Source of the DNA: a virus
Taxonomy: Duplodnaviria; Caudoviricetes
Direction: 5' to 3' (one strand)
Virus record (IMG/VR): IMGVR_UViG_3300023181_000010
Location: 1 to 51,528 of that record
Length of the DNA: 51,528 nt
The notes beneath the pieces were generated by a model that did no database searches, was not told where the DNA came from, and was given only the letters and a program-made list of their open reading frames with translations. Positions 1 to 9,343 of this stretch are shown one piece after another. The position numbers were made by a program, and so were the translations under genes. How positions within the stretch are numbered: the stretch's first letter is position 1; every line of letters starts with the position of its first letter.

Positions 1-127
1 GACATCGGCCCGATGACTGTGGTGTTCGATTCGGCGATGGAATTCCCGACCGCGAAGGGATGATGACGGCATGCCCGTTCTGACGTACTCGTTCAAGCCG
101 CACGCCCGGCAGCTCACGGCGATGTCG
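1..127. repeat. 127-bp exact terminal direct repeat, copy 1 (contig is circular)
   Basis: Identical to 51402-51528; spans the terS/terL junction. Confidence 0.95.
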
Positions 128-1516
128 ACGATCACCGACGAACTGTTGTACGGCGGGGCCGCCGGCGGTGGCAAGTCCAGGTGGGCCCGTGCTGAGGGTG
201 TGCGGATGTGCGTGCAGGTCCCCGGCTGTCGGGTGATCCTGTTCCGCCGGACCCGAGGCGACCTCGAGCGGGCCGTCGTCGACTACCTGAGGCAGGAGAT
301 CCCCCGCGGCCTGGCCCGGTACGTCCGGAACCGCCACCAGTGGGAGTTCCAGAACGGGTCGGTGTTCGAGCTTGCCTACCTCGAAAACGACGCTGACCTC
401 GAGAATTACCAGGGTGCCGAATACCAACTGGCGATATTCGAGGAACTGACGCAATTCAGCGCGAAGCAATACCGGTACCTACTGAGCCGGCTTAGGACCA
501 ACAGCCAGACGGTGAAGGACCGGATGAACGAGCTCGGTATCCCGTCGAGGATGATCGCCACGACGAACCCCGGCGGCCCCGGTCACGGGTGGGTGAAGGA
601 ACGGTGGGTTGACCACCTGCCCCACGGGGTGCCGTTCACGCCGGCGGTCACCGAGCTCGACCCGGAACCGCTCGAGCGGTGCTACATCCCGGCGAAGCTA
701 TCCGACAACCCGTCCCTCGACCAGGTCGCCTACCGGAAACAGTTGAACTCGCAGGACCCGACGATGCGCCGGGCCCTGCTCGACGGCGATTGGGACATCC
801 TCGAGGGTGTCCGGTTCGCCCAGTGGCGGAAGAACGTTCACGTCATCCCACCGGATATGCCTCACCTGAACCTCGACGTCCTGGCCGGGTTCCCACGGGT
901 CGTCGCAGTCGACTACGGGTCCGAGGCCCCGTTCTGTGCCCTGTGGGGTGCGCTGCTCCCCGACAACCTGGTGGTGATCTACCGGGAGGCATACAAGACC
1001 GGTCTGACACCGTTGGAACAGGTCGAGTTGATGAAGTCCCTCGAGGTCGACGGGGAACGGATGCCACCGACCCGGCCGATCCCGGTCGTCATGGATCCGG
1101 CTATGTGGATTCGAGGCCCGAACAACCTGCTCAAGGCGATCAACCGGGACGAACCGCCACCCGGGTCGATCGCCTACACCTACGGCCGCGGGTTCGGGAT
1201 GGGCACGATTGTCCGGGCGATCAACTCGAGGATCGACGGGTGGGCCCTGGTCGACGAGCACTTGAGGGTCAGACCGGACGGGTTGCCGCGCCTGCTGGTG
1301 ATGGAGACCTGTACGAACCTGATCCGCACCCTGCCGTCCGTCCCGAGGGACAAACGGCACCCTGAGGACGTCGACACGAAGTCGGAGGATCACGCCGCGG
1401 ATGCGCTCCGGTACCTGCTGATGCACTACGCCCGGGGTGCCCGGCCACGCGGGATAACGACGGTGGGCCGTCGGCCTGCCCCCGGGACTGCTAGTTTGGG
1501 CGACAGGCAGTTTTAA
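71..1516 (+). CDS. terL: Terminase large subunit
   Basis: Walker A YGGAAGGGKS, Walker B IFEE, TTNPGGPGHGWVK coupling motif, nuclease motifs VDYG and DHAADALRY. Confidence 0.95.
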   Translation: MPVLTYSFKPHARQLTAMSTITDELLYGGAAGGGKSRWARAEGVRMCVQVPGCRVILFRRTRGDLERAVVDYLRQEIPRGLARYVRNRHQWEFQNGSVFELAYLENDADLENYQGAEYQLAIFEELTQFSAKQYRYLLSRLRTNSQTVKDRMNELGIPSRMIATTNPGGPGHGWVKERWVDHLPHGVPFTPAVTELDPEPLERCYIPAKLSDNPSLDQVAYRKQLNSQDPTMRRALLDGDWDILEGVRFAQWRKNVHVIPPDMPHLNLDVLAGFPRVVAVDYGSEAPFCALWGALLPDNLVVIYREAYKTGLTPLEQVELMKSLEVDGERMPPTRPIPVVMDPAMWIRGPNNLLKAINRDEPPPGSIAYTYGRGFGMGTIVRAINSRIDGWALVDEHLRVRPDGLPRLLVMETCTNLIRTLPSVPRDKRHPEDVDTKSEDHAADALRYLLMHYARGARPRGITTVGRRPAPGTASLGDRQF

Positions 1517-1586
1517 CCTGGCCCGCCGCCCCGGTTATATGTGCCAGATCCACGGTTTCCCCCCAACCATTCGGAAGGAATTTCCT

Positions 1587-1994
1587 GTGAACGATTACGT
1601 CGCACCGCCCGAGGTTCCGGTTCCGTCCGGGCCGCCGGCACGCCCGTCGGGTCCGACCGCCGACCAGATGCACGCCTGGTTTGCGTTTCACCCGGCGGAC
1701 ACCCCCGAGAAGGTCGCCGCATTCGAGGTGTCCCGGCAGGCGTTCGGTGAGCTGCTGGACACGCTGCTGGACGTGCTCCCCGAGGGGCCGGACAAGACGA
1801 CTGCGGTCCGGTCGTTGCACGCCGCGTCGATGCAGGCCCATTCGTGCCTTGCGATCAACGGTGGTCCGCGGCCGGGTTCGTTCGGTGTGTCGGATCGTCT
1901 GGCCGAGTTCCGGCCGAATCCGTTGCAGGCTGACGGGGCCGTGATCCCGACCCGTCCGGCGATCCCGTCGGACCTCAGGTCGGACGAGCGATGA
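1587..1994 (+). CDS. Acb2/Tad1-like helical hairpin protein (candidate nucleotide-signal sponge)
   Basis: GAAGGA RBS then GTG; pattern WFAFHPADTPEK...SRQAFGEL...LPEGPDKTTAVRSLHAASMQAH resembles the F.YH.P...R...P..REKS.A...LEEA.MWAN family. Confidence 0.55.
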   Translation: MNDYVAPPEVPVPSGPPARPSGPTADQMHAWFAFHPADTPEKVAAFEVSRQAFGELLDTLLDVLPEGPDKTTAVRSLHAASMQAHSCLAINGGPRPGSFGVSDRLAEFRPNPLQADGAVIPTRPAIPSDLRSDER

Positions 1995-2536
1995 CCGGCC
2001 CGAAGGTCCCGCCCGAGCCGGTCCCCGTCGACATCGTCGTCGGCGAAAATGTCATGTTCAAATGCGAAACGATGTGCCGGTTCGTCGGTGGCCCGCGCCA
2101 CGGACAAACCGGGATCAGCGCTGGAACCGCCCAGTTCGTCGCCGACCGGGTGCTGATCGACCCTGACCCCGAACCGGTCACCATCGACGGCGTGCCCTAC
2201 CAGGTTGCCGGGGTGTTCGACGGCGTCACCTACTACACCGTCGCCGGGTACAAGATCGGGACCGTCGGCGCGTTCGCGACGATGCCGGACGTCGTCCCGG
2301 CCGAGGACGTCGACTACACCCGGGCATTCAAGCACCGGAAGATCCATGGTGCGCTGATCCGCATGGTTGATCAGTACCGCGGTGACGGCCAATCGTGGGT
2401 GCTCTGGTCAACGTTCCGGCAGTGGGAAGAACCGGTCGATGGTGGGTCGAAGATGCTCGCCTCAGTCGGTGTGATCCATCCGGAACGGGTGGACGTGCCG
2501 GCGGACCGTGATGTGACCTTGCCGTGGGAGGAATGA
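1991..2536 (+). CDS. Hypothetical protein
   Basis: ATGA overlap with upstream gene; GC-rich third positions. Confidence 0.7.
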   Translation: MTGPKVPPEPVPVDIVVGENVMFKCETMCRFVGGPRHGQTGISAGTAQFVADRVLIDPDPEPVTIDGVPYQVAGVFDGVTYYTVAGYKIGTVGAFATMPDVVPAEDVDYTRAFKHRKIHGALIRMVDQYRGDGQSWVLWSTFRQWEEPVDGGSKMLASVGVIHPERVDVPADRDVTLPWEE

Positions 2537-2539
2537 ACG

Positions 2540-2872
2540 ATGACTGATCAGCACCCGGCACTAGGCCCGGCTGTTCCGTACGGTGATGGCGACCTCGAGC
2601 CGTTGCAGATGTACCGGGTCACCGACCTGGACATACCGGCAGCGGTCGACCCGTGGTCCCTCGACGGTGGCACCTACTCCGGCCGGACCATCATGAACAC
2701 CGTCCGTGATGGTCACAACGGGTCCGGCAACCTGCTGGTGCAGGTGTGGCCCGGCGCGTTGCACAACCCGGCGTCCCGGGCGTGCTCCCAGGGTGCCGAC
2801 CGGACCGAGCACGACCCGGCCGCCCAGTGCCCGATCTGCCAACCTGACCCGGCGAACCCGTGGCCGTTCTGA
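2540..2872 (+). CDS. Hypothetical protein with His/Cys-rich C-terminus
   Basis: GGAGG RBS; C-terminal H..C...H...CPIC. Confidence 0.65.
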   Translation: MTDQHPALGPAVPYGDGDLEPLQMYRVTDLDIPAAVDPWSLDGGTYSGRTIMNTVRDGHNGSGNLLVQVWPGALHNPASRACSQGADRTEHDPAAQCPICQPDPANPWPF

Positions 2873-4149
2873 CCCCGCCACCGGTCGTCCACTACGAGGA
2901 CGGCGACGTGACCGTCTGGCACGGCGACAACGTCGTAGCAATGGCACAGATGCCGGCCGATTCCGTCGATGCCGTGGTGTGCGACCCCCCGTACAACCTC
3001 GAGTTCATGGGTCACGGGTGGGACAAGGTGATTGATTTTCAGACCTGGTGCACCCAGTGGGCGACTGAGGCGTTCCGTGTCCTCAAGCCGGGTGGGCACC
3101 TGCTCGCATTCGGGGCCCCGAGGACCGCTCACCGACTCACCGCCGGCATCGAGGACGCCGGGTTCGACATCCGGGACGGAATCGCGTGGATCTACTCCAA
3201 CGGATTCCCGAAGTCCGCGAACGTCACCGACGGCATGACCGCCTACCTCGACGGTGTGCCCCTGGTCGTCGACGAGGGCCGCAGGTTGGCCGCCCTGCCG
3301 ATCACGGCGTTCCTGGCGGCCGCCCGTGACGTCGCGGGGTGGACAAACGCCGACATCGACCGGCTGTTCGGCACGTCCGGTATGGCCGGGCACTGGACGA
3401 CCCAGGGGAAGCAACCGGCCGCGCCGACGTGGGAACAGTGGTCGATCCTGCGGGCCGAACTGGGATTCGACAGCTCGATGGACGCCGCGGTGATCGAGTA
3501 CGGCGCGAAGAACCGGGCCCCGGAAAGGCTCGAGCCGGACGGCAGGCCGTTCCTGAACAACCTGCGGAAGGACCGTGCCGCCCCCGGTGCGACCGGTTGG
3601 GGAACGGCCCTGAAACCCTCCCAGGAACCGATCACGGTGGCCCGCAAACCGTTCAAGGGCCCGACGATCCGGAACGTCGCCGACCACGGCGTCGGTGGGC
3701 TGAATATCGACGGGTGCCGGTCCGTCGACGATGACGGGGTGGAGCGGTGGCCGGCGAACGTCGTAATCGACGCCGACACCGCGGCCGTCCTCGACGAGGT
3801 GACCGGCTCGAGGGAACCGTGGTCGGAAGAACCGGTCGACGGCGCAGCCCGTTTCTACCCGGTGTTTCGGTACCAGGGGAAGGCCGCCCAATCGGAGCGC
3901 CCCAGGGTCGCCGGTGAGGGTCACGTGACGGTGAAGCCGCTCGAGCTGATGCGGTGGCTCGTCCGGCTCGTCACCCCACCAGGTGGTGTGGTGCTGGACC
4001 CGTTCGCCGGGTCAGGGACAACCGGTGAGGCCGCGCTGGCCGAGGGTATGCGGACGGTGCTGGTCGAACAGCACGGCCCGTATTTGCCACTGATCATGCA
4101 ACGGGTTCACCGGTCCTACCCGACGTTGCCGTTCGAGGTGGGGCCGTGA
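2860..4149 (+). CDS. DNA methyltransferase, N6-adenine/N4-cytosine beta class, with internal HTH-like insertion
   Basis: DPPY catalytic motif near N-terminus; HVTVKP and LDPFAGSGTT SAM-binding motif near C-terminus. Confidence 0.92.
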   Translation: MAVLTPPPVVHYEDGDVTVWHGDNVVAMAQMPADSVDAVVCDPPYNLEFMGHGWDKVIDFQTWCTQWATEAFRVLKPGGHLLAFGAPRTAHRLTAGIEDAGFDIRDGIAWIYSNGFPKSANVTDGMTAYLDGVPLVVDEGRRLAALPITAFLAAARDVAGWTNADIDRLFGTSGMAGHWTTQGKQPAAPTWEQWSILRAELGFDSSMDAAVIEYGAKNRAPERLEPDGRPFLNNLRKDRAAPGATGWGTALKPSQEPITVARKPFKGPTIRNVADHGVGGLNIDGCRSVDDDGVERWPANVVIDADTAAVLDEVTGSREPWSEEPVDGAARFYPVFRYQGKAAQSERPRVAGEGHVTVKPLELMRWLVRLVTPPGGVVLDPFAGSGTTGEAALAEGMRTVLVEQHGPYLPLIMQRVHRSYPTLPFEVGP

Positions 4150-4376
4150 GCATCCGCCGGCCGATGTCGGTCGTGAAGAACGATGTGCGGGCCGCTGAGA
4201 CCGAGCGGATCGCCGGGTTGCTCGAGCGGGCCGCCGCGTTGCGTGCCGACGACCCTGACCCGCGGTCGGCGCTCGCCCGCCGGGTATATCTCGACGCGGC
4301 CGCCCTGGCCCGAGCTGATCCGGCCGCGGTGGAGCGGTCGAGCGCCCGGCAGGAACGAAAACGGCTAACACCGTGA
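4146..4376 (+). CDS. Small hypothetical protein
   Basis: GTGA overlaps at both ends. Confidence 0.55.
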   Translation: MSIRRPMSVVKNDVRAAETERIAGLLERAAALRADDPDPRSALARRVYLDAAALARADPAAVERSSARQERKRLTP

Positions 4377-4483
4377 TCGGCGGTGTCGTCTACCCGGTAG
4401 ACGTCCGAACGGCGGTGGTGCTGCTGTCCGTCATCGTCGTGATCGGTGTGGGTGTGTGGGTATCCCTGAGGGAAGGCCGGTGA
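4373..4483 (+). CDS. 36-aa single-pass membrane protein (below ORF-track cutoff)
   Basis: GTGA overlap; MIGGVVYPVDVRTAVVLLSVIVVIGVGVWVSLREGR. Confidence 0.5.
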   Translation: MIGGVVYPVDVRTAVVLLSVIVVIGVGVWVSLREGR

Positions 4484-4557
4484 CCCGGTATCCGTCCCGG
4501 TGGCAGAAGAACCGCCGGCGGGCATTCCTGTCCGCCGCACAACAACAGGAGGAACCG

Positions 4558-4932
4558 ATGTCCCAACAGGTCAGCATGACCCGAACGGTGGTCTACACGC
4601 TCAGCGCGCAGGACGCCGAAGAGATCAACAAACGCCGCAACGACTGGTTCGACGAGGTGACCCGGATTCGGCAGGTCGCCCGCGAAACCGGTGAGCCGCC
4701 GGAATTCATCGGCTACCAGGCACACGCCGGGAACCCGGCCAATGAGGGCGACGAGTTCCCGGCCGTGGTCGTCCGGGTCAACGCTGGCGGGACGGTGAAC
4801 CTGCGGGTCACCCTCGACGGCACCGACGACCTGTGGGCGACGTCGAGGGCCGAAGCTCCGCTGGACCTGGACAAGGACGGCAACGAGACGATCGGCAGTC
4901 CCGGCCGGTGGCACTGGCCGACCCGGGTCTAG
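4558..4932 (+). CDS. Conserved phage hypothetical protein
   Basis: AGGAGG RBS; PAVVVRV..GTVNLRV.LDG...WATS...PGRWHWP pattern common in phages. Confidence 0.75.
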   Translation: MSQQVSMTRTVVYTLSAQDAEEINKRRNDWFDEVTRIRQVARETGEPPEFIGYQAHAGNPANEGDEFPAVVVRVNAGGTVNLRVTLDGTDDLWATSRAEAPLDLDKDGNETIGSPGRWHWPTRV

Positions 4933-5005
4933 GCTCACCGGCACCCCTTCCACAAGGTGCGCTAGTGTCGTCGGTGTCTCCCGTCCAAGAGGTCGCCCAG
5001 ACAAA

Positions 5006-5048
5006 CAGAACGGCCCGACCGGGCTCACCACCCGGTCGGGCCGTTCTG
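5006..5048 (+). terminator. Intrinsic terminator, 18-bp perfect stem
   Basis: CAGAACGGCCCGACCGGG / CCCGGTCGGGCCGTTCTG. Confidence 0.75.
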
Positions 5049-5063
5049 CTGTCTCAGGACAGC

Positions 5064-5108
5064 AACCCGGGCACCATCCCACAACGGCCGCCCGACGTCG
5101 GGAACACT
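5064..5108 (+). promoter_or_regulatory. Putative late promoter, copy 1 (leaderless, tail fibre)
   Basis: CCATCCCACAA-N18-AACACT-N7-ATG(5116). Confidence 0.7.
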
Positions 5109-5115
5109 CCGCACC

Positions 5116-7608
5116 ATGACCGTTGAACAGATCACCGTCGACACCCGGCACTCGACGATCGGGGCCGACGTCGCCGTGACCCGCGGGCTCGAGGTCCACC
5201 CGCTCCGCATGGTGAAAGGCGACTACCTGAGGACCGCCGAACCGTTCAACGTCGACGTGATCGGCGGTCTGGCCGTGTTCAACGTCGACACCACGTTGCC
5301 CGGGCAGGTGATCAAATTCGTCGAGCTGTGGCCCACCGGCACCACCAGGTGGTGCCAGGTCACCGACTCCCGCCCGTATCACCTCCTGGTCGACGTCGAC
5401 CGGCGGACCCTCGACCCCGTCGGCCCGCAACCATCCCCGGCGTGGGTCGCCTACGTCGAGGGGCTGATGGAGTCCTACGACACCGCGGCCGAGCTGGTCG
5501 GCAACGCAGACCAGGCCGTCACCGACGCCGTGGCGGCCGCGGTCCGTGCTGAGGCCGCCGCGATCGAGGCCGAGCTGTCCGCCGGCGGGATCGGGTCGGC
5601 GGTGGAGGACGCGATCGCCGCTGCTGCTGAGGCCGCGGCCGCCGCGCTCGGTGCGCAGGAATCGTCGGCGACGTCGGCCACCCAGGCCGGTGTCGCGACG
5701 TCGGCTGCTGGTGCTGCTGGTGGGTCCGCCACGGCGGCCGCGGGTTCCGCCGGGGCCGCGGCCGGGTCGGCGACGACAGCGATGACGGCGGCCGGGACGG
5801 CCACCGGGGCCGCCACGAACGCGAACACCGCCCGGAACCTGGCCGAGGACGCCGCAAACGACGCCCACCAGGACGCGATTGCCGCCGCAGGATCGGCCAC
5901 CAGCGCGAACACGGCACGGGTCGGTGCCGAGACTGCCCGGACCGGATCGGAAACGGCTAGAACCGAATCGCAGACCGCCCGAACCGACGCGCAGACCGCC
6001 CGGACCGGTGCTGAGACCGCACAGTCCGCGGCCGCCGGGTCGGCCACCGCGGCCGCCGGATCCGCTACTGCCGCCGCGGACAGCGCCGCCGCGGTGGCGA
6101 ACTACTACCCGTCGATACCGCAATTCACGGCCCCCTACCGTGCCGCCGCCGGCAACGGCCCGCCCACCGTCGGCGTGTCGATCAGCCCGACAGCGTCGCC
6201 GTCGTCCCTGATGCAGCGGAACACCGCCGGGCAGGCCGTGGCCGTCGCACCGACCGACCCGACCCACCTCACCCCGAAGCAATCGGTCCTCGACGCGCTG
6301 CTCGCATCGAACAACAACGGCACCCGGACGAACCTGGCAACGAACCCGTCATTCGAGACCGTCGTCGGCGGAACGGCCCTACCTGGCACCGGCGGTGTCG
6401 CCGCACTGACCCGGGCAACCGTCGGTGGCGCGAAATTCGGGACGTCCTACCTGCGGTCACTGTGGTCGACCAGCTCGACGGCCGCCGGCGGGAACCTGGC
6501 CGGCGGTGGCCTGTCCGGGATCTCCGGGGTGTTCAACACCACCCCCGGCGCGACGTATTCGATGTCGGCGTGGGTCCGACCGTCCAAGACGATTTCCCTG
6601 ATGCTCCGGTTCGACCCGACCGGGTTCGCCGCTGTCAACGGCCCGGCGGTGTCCTGCCCGGCGAACACCTGGACACGCCTCACCGTGACGACAATCGCCG
6701 GTGGCACCACCGCGAACTCGAATGTCCTGGTCGCCGCTGGTGTGGCCGCCCCGACGTGGTCCGCCGGTGACACCCTCGACGTCGACGGGATCTGTGTCGA
6801 GCTCGGTGACACCCCGGGTGAGTATTTCGACGGTGCGTCGCAGAACGCCTACTGGACCGGGACGGCCCACCAGTCGTCGTCGGTCGGTGTGTTCGACGCT
6901 GTCACCGTTGAGTCCCTGGCGGCCGCGGTGGCCGGTGTTCTGGCCCAGGCATGGCCGCTGTCGATGGTCACGGCGAAAGGCGACCTGATCAGTGGGTCGG
7001 CCGCCGGGGCCCTGTCTCGCCTGCCGTCGACGTCCGTCACCGACGGTGCGTTCCTGATGAAGAACGCCGGCGGGGCCGGTGGCATGTTGTGGTCGACGTA
7101 CCCGTTCCTGTCCGGCACCGGGTCGCCCGAGGGCAGTAGGGTCGCGCCGCCCGGCACCCGGTACGTCGACACGAACAACACGTTCGGTGTGCCCGAGTGG
7201 GTCAAGCGGACCGGCACCGGCAACACCGGGTGGACGCCCGTTGTCGGCGACACCGGGTGGCGATCGGTGTCGATCGACGCCGGCAGCTCCGGCACGGCTA
7301 CGAACGTCCTCATCCGCCGGTCCGGTGACCTGGTGATGATGGAGATCATCGGGTTCGCCTGCCCTGACGGGTCGCCGTCGCAGCCGATTCACACCCCGGT
7401 GGCCGGGTTCCGTTCCCGTGGCGGGACGGCCGTCTATCAGCCGTTTCGGGCATCCGGGACGACCAACCTGATCAACATCTACATGGCCGGCGGTGGATCG
7501 GTGTCGTTCTCCGGAACGTGGGCATCGGCGAATGGTTCACTGAATGCCCGTGTCCAATGGCTGACGTCCGATGCGTGGCCGACGAGTCTCCCAGGGAGTG
7601 CAGCATGA
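5116..7608 (+). CDS. Tail fibre / receptor-binding protein with Ala-rich shaft and carbohydrate-binding-like domain
   Basis: Stf-like SATAAAG and ART(G/E/D)xxT heptads; NLATNPSFE...LDVDGI.VE.G..PGEYFDG module; GTGSPEG...PGTRYVD...GTGNTGW and GDTGWR motifs. Confidence 0.8.
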   Translation: MTVEQITVDTRHSTIGADVAVTRGLEVHPLRMVKGDYLRTAEPFNVDVIGGLAVFNVDTTLPGQVIKFVELWPTGTTRWCQVTDSRPYHLLVDVDRRTLDPVGPQPSPAWVAYVEGLMESYDTAAELVGNADQAVTDAVAAAVRAEAAAIEAELSAGGIGSAVEDAIAAAAEAAAAALGAQESSATSATQAGVATSAAGAAGGSATAAAGSAGAAAGSATTAMTAAGTATGAATNANTARNLAEDAANDAHQDAIAAAGSATSANTARVGAETARTGSETARTESQTARTDAQTARTGAETAQSAAAGSATAAAGSATAAADSAAAVANYYPSIPQFTAPYRAAAGNGPPTVGVSISPTASPSSLMQRNTAGQAVAVAPTDPTHLTPKQSVLDALLASNNNGTRTNLATNPSFETVVGGTALPGTGGVAALTRATVGGAKFGTSYLRSLWSTSSTAAGGNLAGGGLSGISGVFNTTPGATYSMSAWVRPSKTISLMLRFDPTGFAAVNGPAVSCPANTWTRLTVTTIAGGTTANSNVLVAAGVAAPTWSAGDTLDVDGICVELGDTPGEYFDGASQNAYWTGTAHQSSSVGVFDAVTVESLAAAVAGVLAQAWPLSMVTAKGDLISGSAAGALSRLPSTSVTDGAFLMKNAGGAGGMLWSTYPFLSGTGSPEGSRVAPPGTRYVDTNNTFGVPEWVKRTGTGNTGWTPVVGDTGWRSVSIDAGSSGTATNVLIRRSGDLVMMEIIGFACPDGSPSQPIHTPVAGFRSRGGTAVYQPFRASGTTNLINIYMAGGGSVSFSGTWASANGSLNARVQWLTSDAWPTSLPGSAA

Positions 7609-7805
7609 CCGATTTCGCCGATTACGACGACGACCAGCTCGAGGAATTGAGGCTGGCCGCGGTGAACGAACAGGAACGCCGGGACCGGGTTCGGCAGGCC
7701 CCCGGGCAGGCCGCGCAGTTGGCGATCCGGATGAAGGCCGACGGTGGGGATGTGGCCGAGCTGATCACGGCGATCGAGTCGGTTCCGCCGGCCGCCCCCG
7801 AGTAG
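7605..7805 (+). CDS. Small protein coupled to tail fibre (possible fibre chaperone)
   Basis: ATGA overlap, GGGAG RBS. Confidence 0.65.
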   Translation: MTDFADYDDDQLEELRLAAVNEQERRDRVRQAPGQAAQLAIRMKADGGDVAELITAIESVPPAAPE

Positions 7806-7931
7806 GCCGGACGTCCGCCGGTATATTTTCTGGCATATTTGCCACCCGGTTGTCACTGAGATTCGTTGTGTGGCAACGGGTCTGCAATCGGGTGGAAGAT
7901 CGTTTTCCACGGATCTGTCACGGTGGCCGGC

Positions 7932-7980
7932 CGGGGTGTGACATTCGGCGTAGAAGTTCTACCGCGGATGTCACACCCCG
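7932..7980. repeat. Inverted repeat, 13-bp perfect arms, in a structured intergenic region
   Basis: CGGGGTGTGACAT ... ATGTCACACCCCG with inner GTAGAA/TTCTAC. Confidence 0.85.
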
Positions 7981-8084
7981 TTGCAAGGTTGTCCTGTTCA
8001 ACCCTAGACAGCCCCGCCCCCGACGTGTTCAAATGTATACAGACCCGATGGAGCCGCCACCCGGGCCGACAGACAGGACACGTC

Positions 8085-8276
8085 ATGCCCGACACCACCG
8101 CCCCGATCACCCCCCGCGAACTGATGGCCGAGCTCAGCGTTCCCGACCACGACCAGGACGCGTTCCTGACGTTCACCAGGATCACCTACGACGACATCGA
8201 CGCGCCGCTGACCGCCGAGGACGCCGCAGTCATCCGTGAGGTCGTCGGCGACTGGAACGCCACCCCGAACGTCTGA
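8085..8276 (+). CDS. Small acidic hypothetical protein
   Basis: AGGA RBS; followed by a terminator hairpin. Confidence 0.7.
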   Translation: MPDTTAPITPRELMAELSVPDHDQDAFLTFTRITYDDIDAPLTAEDAAVIREVVGDWNATPNV

Positions 8277-8285
8277 CCCACCCCC

Positions 8286-8317
8286 AACGGCCCCGACCCC
8301 ACCAGGTCGGGGCCGTT
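8286..8317 (+). terminator. Intrinsic terminator-like hairpin
   Basis: AACGGCCCCGACC / GGTCGGGGCCGTT. Confidence 0.7.
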
Positions 8318-8344
8318 CCGCATACCCCCTGAAAGGCACCCCGC

Positions 8345-9343
8345 GTGAAGATCACCGCGACACAGATCATCATCGAACTCGACGAGCTACCCGCCGTCGA
8401 GGTCCGCAAGTCCGACGGCACCCTGAGGACCGGATTCGCCCCCGGCACCGAACCCGAACCCATCGACACCGGATTCCGGTACTTCGAGGGCACCCACGTT
8501 CGGGCCCGCGGCATCGGATTCGAGTACCCGGCCGCCCTGATCCTCGACACCGTGAAGGCCCACCTGGCCCTGTTGGTGGCCGCCGAGACCAGGCGCACGG
8601 AGAAGCTGAACCGGGCCGTCGACAAGGCCCGGACGGCGTACGAGGCACGGATCCGCGCGGCCGAGCCGTTCGACAACGCCTACATCGAGGCCCAGTTTCA
8701 GCGGGTCCGGGCATTTGCGGCCGACGTCGCGACGAGATTCCCCGCCGAACCGACCCCGGCCCCCGTCATGGTGAGCACACCGCCGCTGGTCGTGTCCGGG
8801 TCGTGGCCGGTCGTCAACCCCGGCGAACCGATGAACGCGCCACAAACCCTGTCGGTGACTGTCTCGGTGTCCAGTATGGAGCTGGCCGCCGCGGTGGAAT
8901 GGTTCGAGGATCTGAACGTCCGGCGGGCCCCAGACCCGGCCTGGACCGCGCAACGGAGAATGCTGAACCGGTACTCCGATGCAAGCGAAACCGACATGGC
9001 GTTCGGTCACTTGCCGCCCGGCCTGCAATGGTGCGTGAACACCCTCAGCAAGTCCGACGGGCTGGACAAGATCCGGGCGTTGCTCGAGCAGGTCGAGTCG
9101 GTGCATGAAGTGCCGGTGCCGAACACGCGGATCCGGGCCGACGAACTCACCGATGCTCACATCGGCCGGTGGTTCAACCGCACGATGGACAACGGGGAGA
9201 TCATTCACGCCCGGATCACCGATACGGGCCGTCCCCACGGGGGAGACACCTATTTCCGGTCGACGTGGGGCCCGCACACCGTCGACAACAACACCGTGCT
9301 TGAGCTGTTCCCGGTCGGCTACACGGGGCCCGACGGTGGCTGA
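8345..9343 (+). CDS. Hypothetical protein
   Basis: GAAAGG RBS; 332-aa ORF with coding-like bias. Confidence 0.75.
   Translation: MKITATQIIIELDELPAVEVRKSDGTLRTGFAPGTEPEPIDTGFRYFEGTHVRARGIGFEYPAALILDTVKAHLALLVAAETRRTEKLNRAVDKARTAYEARIRAAEPFDNAYIEAQFQRVRAFAADVATRFPAEPTPAPVMVSTPPLVVSGSWPVVNPGEPMNAPQTLSVTVSVSSMELAAAVEWFEDLNVRRAPDPAWTAQRRMLNRYSDASETDMAFGHLPPGLQWCVNTLSKSDGLDKIRALLEQVESVHEVPVPNTRIRADELTDAHIGRWFNRTMDNGEIIHARITDTGRPHGGDTYFRSTWGPHTVDNNTVLELFPVGYTGPDGG

Noticed and set aside
71-1516. Intein or intron in the terminase
   Set aside because: Normal length and contiguous motifs
4941-4980. Eighth late-promoter copy (GCACCCCTTCCACAA)
   Set aside because: Mismatched core, no NANNNT at the 18-nt spacing and no downstream start codon
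5600-6090. Ala-rich short repeats as a CRISPR-like or non-coding array
   Set aside because: In-frame degenerate coding repeats of a fibre shaft, without unique spacers
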